The translations under genes and the position numbers were made by a program. A stretch of DNA of 64,000 nucleotides from Leptolyngbyaceae cyanobacterium (GTDB taxonomy: Bacteria; Cyanobacteriota; Cyanobacteriia; Phormidesmidales; Phormidesmidaceae), in the NCBI GenBank assembly GCA_965263355.1, contig CBDHHL010000049.1:1-64000 (forward strand), written 5' to 3'. The notes beneath the pieces are model-generated. The model was not told the DNA's origin. It made no database searches and saw only the letters and a list, made by a program, of their open reading frames with translations. Each line of letters begins with the position of its first letter. Within the stretch, counting starts at the first letter, position 1. Positions 10,199 to 17,846 of the stretch are shown in pieces.

Positions 10199-10525
10199 AT
10201 GCCATCAGCAGAGATGGATGAAACTGACGCTGAAATTCATCTGAAATTTGAGGTTCCTGGTATGACAGCAGACGATCTCGACATTGAGATCACTGATACA
10301 GCTGTTATCGTTCGAGGTGAACGCAAATCTGAATCTAAGACAGAGGAAAATAATATTACCCGGTCTGAATTTCAGTATGGCAGGTTCGAACGGATTGTTC
10401 CTTTGCCGAGTCACATTGTTAAAGACGATGTTTCTGCTGAGTATAGTAGCGGCATCCTCCGTCTAGTGTTGCCAAAATCAGAAGTTCAAGCAACTAAAAC
10501 CGTAAAAATTAAAGCTGTAGAGTAA
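10199..10525 (+). CDS. Hsp20/alpha-crystallin small heat shock protein (N-terminal arm short or lost)
   Basis: PSAEMDET..EVPGM...SEFQYGRFERIVPLP...AEYSSGILRLVLPK. Confidence 0.85.
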   Translation: MPSAEMDETDAEIHLKFEVPGMTADDLDIEITDTAVIVRGERKSESKTEENNITRSEFQYGRFERIVPLPSHIVKDDVSAEYSSGILRLVLPKSEVQATKTVKIKAVE

Positions 10526-10699
10526 ACTCAATATTCGCGTCGGTTGGTATTCAGGTATCTAACCGACGCAGCTAGTGGATATCATTTAAACCAGGCTATC
10601 TTGGCTAGATGGGAAGTCAGGAACCGGGCTCCATTAATGACCTGGACTCTGATTCCTGACTTTTGTAAAACTTGGCTCTTCTCGGAGAATGTCCTATCT

Positions 10700-10856
10700 T
10701 TAGGAGCCCTTGTCGCTTATACCATTATAGGTCAAATCATCTTCTATAACAGCTATAGCTAATGTAGTTTTTACCACAGAGTCCGGATTAAGACTAATAG
10801 AGTCAATCCCTTGTTGGACCAAAAACTGGGCAAATTCGGGATAATCGCTGGGAGCC
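10700..10856 (-). pseudogene. ppsA: 3' remnant of phosphoenolpyruvate synthase truncated by ISKra4
   Basis: APSDYPEFAQFLVQQGIDSISLNPDSVVKT is the PEP synthase C-terminus; it begins exactly at the IS inverted repeat. Confidence 0.8.
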
Positions 10857-12158
10857 GAGTACATCCCAGTCTTGTAAGACTTATTTTGAGAATTGGCCGT
10901 TAAGGTAGGCACATCGATGCTTGAGCACCTGTGGTACATTCTCTTTTTCCCATTGCGCTCCTGATATCTTGATGCGTCGACCGATTTGCTTAATGGTCGA
11001 TTCGATAGCACCTGAGCCAATCGAGATACCTTCAGCTTGATAATAGCCATAGTTGACAATCCGGGGCTGATGTTTAGTGAGGCATTTAATAAACCCCTCT
11101 GACTTTTCAGGGTCCCAGCTATGGAGCTGTTCGATAGCTCCGTCCAGGTTGCCTTGCCATAGCAATGTTTCAATGCTGTTCAAAACGTGTTTTGGGGCCT
11201 CTATCTTGCCCAGTTTTTCGACCAGATGGTACCAGTCTAAAATCTCTTGTCGCTGAGGTTTGTTCCCGATGGCTTCAAAAATATTCCAGATCCCATCATG
11301 ACCATCCCCCAGGCAAATGACCGGCTTGGCCAACGTGTGTTGGTTAACCCAATTGACTAAACTTGGATTGTCCTGGAAAAAGGCACCGACACTCTGCTCG
11401 TGCAGGTTCACCGCTTTATAGTCACGCCAGATACTCTTCTGTCCTTTAGGCGTACGTAAACGCACTTTGCCACCATCGACACTGATTTCATTCACCTCAC
11501 CCTCAACCGGGGGAACCTCAAAGGATTGGCGATGAACGAGACGTTGTTGTGTACTCCCAGAAACCGCTACCCCCGTGAGCACTTGAATGTCTTCAGCTGC
11601 GCGTTGATACGATTCATTCGCACTCAGCAGTAAACAACATTTCTCTAATTGGGGACTCCACCGGGTATGCGGAGCCACCTGGAGAACCTCAGCTTGTTTC
11701 TCCGTGATACTTAATTGCCCTACAATGCTCTTGAGGGTGCGGGTGCGGCCTTTGCTGGTGCCACTACTGGTTTGGATAAAAAATTTGCCAGGATCGGGCT
11801 GACATGCTCTAGAACATGCCCCCGGACGACCTCTTCGATATCTGCGAGTGTTTGAACTTGCTCGGGAGGGGTTTCCTCATAGAGTAAGGCAGCGATGGCC
11901 TGAGCGTAGGCAGCGTTTGAATTTGCTTATCTGCACTGAGTTTGGGCATTGGGGGCACCACGGACAACGCGTTCAAAGCATAGCTCTATTATCCTCAAGA
12001 TCTCACTAATATCAAGTCGTTGAGAAGGCCCACACTATGAATTTTAGAAAAACCTTAAATTACAAGGCATATAGCTTATTTACTCTGGCCGTATATTGTG
12101 GCTATTCAATCTGACTTGATATAAGTGTTTATACTTATTGCAAAAGTGGGATGTACTC
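10857..12158 (-). mobile_element. ISKra4-family insertion sequence
   Basis: Terminal inverted repeats GAGTACATCCCA at 10857 and its complement ending at 12158 (18/21 match when extended); no flanking direct repeat seen. Confidence 0.85.
10881..11949 (-). CDS. ISKra4-family transposase, frameshifted
   Basis: SVDGGKVRLR, CLGDGHDGIW, ILDWYHL, IGSGAIESTIKQ motifs. Upstream part AIAALLYEETPPEQVQTLADIEEVVR joins via a shift at AATTTTTTATC (~11780); an additional shift near 11918 separates it from ATG 11949. Confidence 0.85.
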
Positions 12159-12295
12159 AGTCTGTAGAGGCTTACTACTTCACCAATGATGATGAGGCAG
12201 AGCTGAAACGAATAGAGACATGCATAGCACCCTAGAAGTTGCGATCGCAACGCCGCTCCAGCGGAGTATCGCAACCAACCAGTATCCATGCCATA

Positions 12296-12864
12296 TAAGA
12301 AGCCCCCACGGCTGCTAAGGCTCATAGGGGCTTCGGTTTAGATATAAAGGGTTAAGTAATACAGTGTTCTGTCTACTTAGATATAGGGTTCGAAATAGGG
12401 AGTTATGCAATAAGGTGCTTTGTCTGTGAATCCACTGTACGCTGAGGTGTGGCATACACCCCCCTTCGTGGGATAAGCCTATGGCCTGCTTACACAACCA
12501 TCAAGTTTCCCTAGTTTGGGTGTGTGATCACAGCGTCATGAGTTGTTTTGATATTAACTGAAGGCTTCTTGAATTGTCTGATGTCGTAGCCCAGTGAGCC
12601 GTAGCGTTGGGTGACTGGGCTAGTAAACCTTTAAAACACAACAGCACCCAGAACGATCTACCTGAGGAATTTCTCTACATTAGACAAGACTCTCTAGAGT
12701 TGTTCTACGAAGCAATAACCCCGCTAAAAACAAGGCTCTCTAGTGCAAGCAACAAGAAATATCAGTGACCTGATTGGGTGCTGGTATTGAATTGGAAAAC
12801 GATGGAATGGAGATATCTATCGTTGACCTCCTTTTGTTGTGGTTATAAGCTTTTCAGCTCATGT
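12296..12864 (-). ncRNA. Putative large structured ncRNA, copy 2 (~568 nt, family unrecognised)
   Basis: Homologous to 5125-5687; invariant blocks such as AUGAGCUGAAAAGCUUAUAACCAC, UUCCUCAGGUAGAUCGUUCUGGGUG, GGAAACUUGAUGGUUGUGUA, CUCAGCGUACAGUGGA, CUGUAUUACUUAAC; 3' hairpin 12299-12334. Confidence 0.65.
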
Positions 12865-12868
12865 ATAG

Positions 12869-12908
12869 AGCATACCCATGGGAGTGATCGTGTGTCTCCT
12901 CTCTGACA
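12869..12908 (-). promoter_or_regulatory. Putative promoter of ncRNA copy 2 with TGTC-N8-GACA inverted repeat
   Basis: Minus strand GAGACA (12898-12893), 18 nt, TATGCT (12874-12869). Confidence 0.5.
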
Positions 12909-13038
12909 TAAACGGTAATGTTGTTGGGTTTTGTTACGGGTCAGTGATGTGGGTCTATAGGATGTGGTGGTTGATGACACTGCTGGCTGTGAAGTTATGG
13001 TTTTAGACTCAGATGATTCCATGGTGAACTAAAAACCG

Positions 13039-13260
13039 ATGATCCGACCGAAACAGCTGATTGCTAGCCAAGTCGTTGCCCCATTGCCTAAGTCGCGGCC
13101 AGCGACTGGCAAGCTGAAGTACTTTCGACCTTTGCCGTACCATGTGGCGCTGAGTCAGGCTGCACGGTTTGAGGCGTGGATGCAGGATGTAGGCGATGTG
13201 GGTGGTCCGGCGGAGGCGGTGGATAGTAGTGATTATGATCCGAGGTTGATGGAGTGGTAG
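13039..13260 (+). CDS. Small hypothetical protein (73 aa), paralog of 5861-6079
   Basis: Shared PATGKLKYFRPLPYH.ALSQAARFEAWMQDV.DVGGPAEA.DSSD.DPRLME with synonymous divergence. Confidence 0.8.
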   Translation: MIRPKQLIASQVVAPLPKSRPATGKLKYFRPLPYHVALSQAARFEAWMQDVGDVGGPAEAVDSSDYDPRLMEW

Positions 13261-13417
13261 GGAGGCCTATCTACCCAGATTACTCAGGCTCAGCGAGATG
13301 GTCCCTTAGCCCAGGGGGGTGGTAGGTCAGAAAATGAGAAGTGCTTGGCGTATGTCTTGGTTTCCAGACTAATGCAGCTCTCAACCAATCAAATGGGCGT
13401 GCTCATAAGCTATAGTT

Positions 13418-13540
13418 GATTCAGAGAATAAAGATCGGTTGGTAACTTTTGTTTCTAGTATTAACGAGTTTTCGCGTTTTTCCATTGACATTCCCCTTCT
13501 CGAAACTTCCCTCTACATATCCCCTAAGGTTTGGAGAAAA
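13418..13540 (+). promoter_or_regulatory. Conserved 5' leader of cyanobacterial rbp genes
   Basis: TTTGTTTCTAGT box, TTCTCGAAA box and TTTGGAGA ribosome-binding site resemble the boxes known upstream of cold-inducible cyanobacterial rbp genes. Confidence 0.5.
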
Positions 13541-13543
13541 TCT

Positions 13544-13816
13544 ATGTCAATCTATGTAGGCAATCTATCCTACGACGTTAGAGATGATGATCTAACGACT
13601 GCATTCACAGAGTATGGAACGGTTAAGAGTGTTCATCTCCCCACTGATCGTGAAACCGGTCGCATGCGCGGTTTCGCTTTTGTGGAAATGAGTACTGAGT
13701 CTGAGGAAGCGGCTGCCATTGAAGCACTCGATGGTGCCGAGTGGATGGGGCGTGATCTAAAGGTCAATAAAGCTAAGCCCCGTGAAAATCGTGGTGGTGG
13801 CCGCAAAAGTTGGTAG
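13544..13816 (+). CDS. rbp: RNA recognition motif (RRM) RNA-binding protein, cyanobacterial Rbp family
   Basis: MSIYVGNLSY (RNP2), RGFAFVEM (RNP1), LDGAEWMGRDLKVNKAKPRE, short Gly-rich tail; start set to ATG 13544 after GGAGA. Confidence 0.95.
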   Translation: MSIYVGNLSYDVRDDDLTTAFTEYGTVKSVHLPTDRETGRMRGFAFVEMSTESEEAAAIEALDGAEWMGRDLKVNKAKPRENRGGGRKSW

Positions 13817-13889
13817 CAGCTTTGCCCGTGGCTACTAAATCGTGCCGTTAAGTCATTTTTAGTCATTTGGTTGTAGAAGCCAGATCTAA

Positions 13890-13927
13890 CTAAAAGAGTT
13901 CAGGTAGAAATGCCTGAACTCTTTTAG
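13890..13927 (+). terminator. Intrinsic terminator after rbp
   Basis: CTAAAAGAGTTCAGGTA-GAAA-TGCCTGAACTCTTTTAG stem with A/T tracts on both sides. Confidence 0.85.
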
Positions 13928-14364
13928 TATCAGCGATAAGACTTAAGTGTCTTTATGTGAATTAGGTTAGCTGCCCATCGCTATGCTGTGGACGGGGCGT
14001 CGCTTATGGAGCAGGCGACCTCGTCGTCGGTCACTGTCAGCAGCCTGAGTGTCAGTATGAGTGCTGACGGTGGATGAGCAGCGTTTACTGCCGGAAGCGG
14101 CGTTTCGGTTTATTGGGTTGGGGGATGTGGTGGTGCCGTTTTAGGTGTGGGAGTTGCGATCGCATCCTGCTATTTTCTAACCGCTGACTAACGGAGGGTG
14201 CAAGCTTGGCTTGACGCGTTGCCTATTACGGGTAAACTTGAGTGCCTGTTGGTGGTGAATAATTTGTTAGTTGCGAGTGTTCTGGGGAAGATAGGAGAAA
14301 GTAACTCCGGTGATAGGCATTCAGTGGCTAAGTTGTAATTAAAAAAGGGGTGCGATCTCAAACT

Positions 14365-14586
14365 CTGAAACCACAACAGTTTCAAGCTCAGACGAGGGAG
14401 GAGTAAAAACCGTTGTAGGTTCCGTTTACGACTCGCATATTTGATCGGCTGAGGAAATAGACTGGCTAAGGTAGCAAGGGTGACTTGTCGATGGGCTTGT
14501 ATCAAAAGTAACACCAGCTCTAGCGTTAGATACTGCTGTTCGCTCAGATGTTTACGGCAGATGGTTTGGTAGACTGAAGGCAACAT
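14365..14586 (-). pseudogene. N-terminal fragment of an IS4-family transposase
   Basis: MLPSVYQ...QYLTLELVLLLIQAHRQVTLATLASLFPQPIKYASRKRNLQRFLLLPRL...LWF resembles cyanobacterial IS4 transposase N-termini; similarity ends abruptly and no DDE domain follows. Confidence 0.75.
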
Positions 14587-14617
14587 TTTATTTTTTGTGG
14601 GGGATGCATAGTCCCCT

Positions 14618-14827
14618 ATTTTTTTGCCTTCCTATTTTCCCAAATCATTGCCAAATATAGACTTTAAGTTCCTTGTCATCCTTTAAGATTTTTTTGCCTT
14701 CCTATTTTCCCAAATCATTGCCAAATATAGACTTTAAGTTCCTTGTCATCCTTTAAGATTTTTTTGCCTTCCTATTTTCCCAAATCATTGCCAAATATAG
14801 ACTTTAACTTCCTTGTCATCCTTTAAG
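14618..14827. repeat. Three tandem 70-bp direct repeats containing the probable IS end
   Basis: Units 14618-14687, 14688-14757, 14758-14827, identical except one G>C in the third; each ends CTTGTCATCCTTTAAG. Confidence 0.95.
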
Positions 14828-15692
14828 GACCGCGCCTTCCAAGGAAGACATTGAAGCTATCAAACCGATCCTAGAGGACTGGCTAAAGCAAAGGGGACTG
14901 ACATTCAACCTAGAAAAGACGAAAATTGTTCATATCGAACAGGGCTTCGACTTCCTCGGATTTAATGTCAGACAATTCAAAGGCAAATGCCTGATCACCC
15001 CGGCGAAACAGAAGGTGAACGATCTCCTCCAGCGAATCAGAGACTGGCTCTGAGCCAGTCCCTCGCATAAGCCAGAGGTTGTCATCGAACACCTCAATCC
15101 AATTCTCAGAGGATGGGCCAACTACTACAGGCATGTCAATAGTGCCAGGGTCTTCGCTTCCCTCGACCATTACATCTGGCAGGCCATCTTCAAATGGTGC
15201 AGGAGAAGGCATCCCAGAAAAGGGAAACGATGGGTGGTCAACCAATACTTCAAAACGATTCGGGGAAAGAAATGGTACTTTACTGCTCCGGCCATAAGCC
15301 GAGACGGTCGAGTCATCAACTAGAACTACTCTCTGACTCAATTGGCAACCATCCCTATCGAACGCCATGTCAAAGTGATTGGCAAGGCTTCACCAGATGA
15401 CCCTAAGCTCAAAACATACTGGCAACAGCGTCAAACTCGGCAAGGTAAAATTTACTGGGCCAAAGGCTCGAAACACTACCAAGTGGCAGAGAACCAAAAT
15501 TGGCAATGTCCGGTATGTAAAGAACACCTGTTCAACGGAGAGCAACTGCATACCCATCATGTTCTCAACGTGGCAGATGGAGGGACGGACAAAGTTGAAA
15601 ACCTGCTCCACCTCCACAAAGTTTGTCATCAGTACCTACATATGGGACATAACTACCTGAATCGCAGAAGGCTTGAGCCGGATGGCATGTAA
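14828..15692 (+). pseudogene. Group II intron reverse transcriptase/maturase/HNH, 5'-truncated with two in-frame stops
   Basis: Manual translation: TAPSKEDIE...GLTFNLEKTKIVHIEQGFDFLGFNVR (RT6-7), LNPILRGWANYYR (domain X), CPVC...HTHH...GGTDKVENLLHLHKVCH (HNH); TGA at 15051 and TAG at 15321. Confidence 0.92.
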
Positions 15693-15750
15693 GTGCCACG
15701 TCCGGTTCTGAGGGGAGGGTGATAAGGCGACTTATTCTCCCTTACCCGCC
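15675..15750 (+). ncRNA. Group II intron domains V and VI (3' end of the inner intron)
   Basis: GAGCCGGATGGCAT-GTAA-GTGCCACGTCCGGTTC (domain V with AGC triad and AC bulge) followed by a GGGGAGGG...CTCCCTTACCC stem with bulged A. Confidence 0.9.
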
Positions 15751-15789
15751 AAGCCGAGTCGGGGAGGCGACTCCCTGGCTTAGGTTAAC
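15751..15789 (+). ncRNA. Second domain VI-like element, probable 3' end of an outer group II intron
   Basis: AAGCCGAGTCGGGGAGGCGACTCCCTGGCTTAGGTTAAC hairpin with candidate bulged A and AAC terminus resembles cyanobacterial group IIB intron 3' ends. Confidence 0.55.
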
Positions 15790-15845
15790 CAGGGGTCAAG
15801 ATCGCTCAAATCTTTACTCTATAGGCCTTTCAGGTATTTTGCCCA

Positions 15846-17846
15846 TTACACGGAACCAGTGCCCTCTAATTTCATCTGGGCAAAATGCTCTAGCAGCATT
15901 CGGTGGACAAAGATGTAGCCACCACCAACCTTTTGTAGAAAAAGGCGTTCGGCAGAATAATCTAAGAAGTGAGCGTAGTTCCAGAGAATATGGTTTTGAT
16001 TATGTAGGGTAAGGCGTAGGTTGAAATGTCGAAAACATGCCCAACCACCGCAAATTAGACCGCAAAATGTCCCGTAGCTTACTCCATTAATCAGGCCAAT
16101 CTTGGATCCATAAATCATCCCAAAAAAGATACCAAATATCAGATTGCTAACTAGTGCAACCAATAAAGCATTCCTGCCTGATTTAATGATGCCTTGGTTA
16201 GGCCGGTTCTTCTTTAGAATAGCTGGACCTCTCAATCCACTGATTAATCCACCTATTAAAATACCGATTAGTAAAATAACCAGTCCAAAGCTCAACCCAG
16301 TAATGAGTCCATCTATGATTCCGTGAGCTAACCCAGCAGCAATCCCATTGAGTAGACCAAGTATTAACCCGACAACTACTCCAAACTTCAATCCATTCAA
16401 ACAACCAGATTTTACGTTTTGCCAAGACCATTTAAGCGTTTCTACAGTCTCAATGTCGCCAGAATGTCCTGCAAAAATTCCTGCCAGTGATAGTATCAGC
16501 CCTATGCCAAGACCATTCGGAATTCCAGTAGTCAGCCCGTGCAACAGAATGTGGATTGGTACGAAAAATAGTGTAAAAACGAATATTCCCGTGAGTACAC
16601 TGATTATCCGATAATTCACTTTGCGGATATAAGTTGGCAAGCAACTTGGCTGTAATCGCTCAACCCAAAAGACTGTTTGCGAAGATTGCATCATCGTCTG
16701 AGCTAACCAGCGTAACCAATACAAAGTTTGCTCTTTGGAATATTGTTGAGTTGTTCCCCTCCGCAAAAACATGCGCTGTATGTAAGCATCAAACAAGCGT
16801 TGATGAAATGTCTCGTCTGTGGTGACATCCTGAAACGTATTCAATGGACACCCATGGTATGCCAGACTCATAATGTTTAAGATCAGAGGCGAGGAAGCAA
16901 ACTGCTTAATATGAGCATTCTGATTAAGCACAGTTTTTAAGGCAGCTAATTGATTACCTGCTTGTTCTAGATATTGGTCGATTTGCTTACTGTCTAGAGG
17001 CTTTACATACAGAGCACTGCGTAGACATAACTGTTCAGGCAGAACCTTATAGTCCTGAATGCGACTGCACACAACCATCTCAGTACGACCATGGGTCTGA
17101 ATAAACTGGTTTAAGGCACGTACGCAAGCATCTCGACACCTAGCATCAACTTCATCCAACCCATCCAACAACAGGATTAACTGCTCATTATCGATCCAGG
17201 CTTGGCCTAATGATCGAGATACCTGGTAGGTTTTATAGAGTTCGCGAATTAGCCATGTGCGAATAGAGTCTCTTTTCTTAGACCAAGACGATAGATTTAC
17301 TAATACTGGTAAGGGTTGACTTAAGTCATTTTCTGAACGGTTAATAAGAGTTTCTGCTAGCTTGAGCAGGGTAACCGTTTTTCCTGAACCAGGCTCTCCT
17401 AAAATCAACAGTGTTCGCCCAGCACCAATATTTTCAAAAAACTCAATGGCTGATGTCCCTTCAGGAAAAACCGCCCGAGAGTCTGAGGAAAATTCGTCCA
17501 CCCCTGCTACGGGCTTAGGGACATAATTGTGGCGCTCTTCTAATCCTAGCTCAATTAAAGTCTGGGTATGTAGCGATTTGGTTAGCACTCCATCAATCCA
17601 AAACTGTTTGACCTTACTCAATAAAACCTGACGCCATTGATGCTCTTCCCGTTTAAGGGGGTGTGCTGCACTCAAGGAAGCTTGTGCTACCTGAACAGTA
17701 CCAAAGACACTAATTGATCCCACACCGCCTTGGATTTGGGTCAGGTTCAAATCACGCCCTGCAATACCACCAATCTGGACAGTTTCTAGAACACTGTCCG
17801 AGATATTGAGCCCCTGACTAGGTTGCTGAGGAGATTGATTACTCAT
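15846..17846 (-). CDS. NACHT-domain NTPase with N-terminal VQIGGIAGRD motif and C-terminal Gly-rich transmembrane region (paralog 2)
   Basis: Walker A GEPGSGKT, Walker B LLLDGLDE; start reassigned to ATG 17846 (MSNQSPQQ), overlapping the upstream stop as ATGA. Confidence 0.9.
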   Translation of the reverse strand: MSNQSPQQPSQGLNISDSVLETVQIGGIAGRDLNLTQIQGGVGSISVFGTVQVAQASLSAAHPLKREEHQWRQVLLSKVKQFWIDGVLTKSLHTQTLIELGLEERHNYVPKPVAGVDEFSSDSRAVFPEGTSAIEFFENIGAGRTLLILGEPGSGKTVTLLKLAETLINRSENDLSQPLPVLVNLSSWSKKRDSIRTWLIRELYKTYQVSRSLGQAWIDNEQLILLLDGLDEVDARCRDACVRALNQFIQTHGRTEMVVCSRIQDYKVLPEQLCLRSALYVKPLDSKQIDQYLEQAGNQLAALKTVLNQNAHIKQFASSPLILNIMSLAYHGCPLNTFQDVTTDETFHQRLFDAYIQRMFLRRGTTQQYSKEQTLYWLRWLAQTMMQSSQTVFWVERLQPSCLPTYIRKVNYRIISVLTGIFVFTLFFVPIHILLHGLTTGIPNGLGIGLILSLAGIFAGHSGDIETVETLKWSWQNVKSGCLNGLKFGVVVGLILGLLNGIAAGLAHGIIDGLITGLSFGLVILLIGILIGGLISGLRGPAILKKNRPNQGIIKSGRNALLVALVSNLIFGIFFGMIYGSKIGLINGVSYGTFCGLICGGWACFRHFNLRLTLHNQNHILWNYAHFLDYSAERLFLQKVGGGYIFVHRMLLEHFAQMKLEGTGSV

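Noticed and set aside
10700..11173. 157-aa ORF as a real fusion gene
   Set aside because: An off-frame IS sequence read through into the ppsA remnant.
14618..14827. Possible CRISPR array
   Set aside because: The 70-bp units are contiguous with no unique spacers and no cas genes are present.
14910..15368. 152-aa minus-strand ORF
   Set aside because: Antisense shadow of the intron RT pseudogene.
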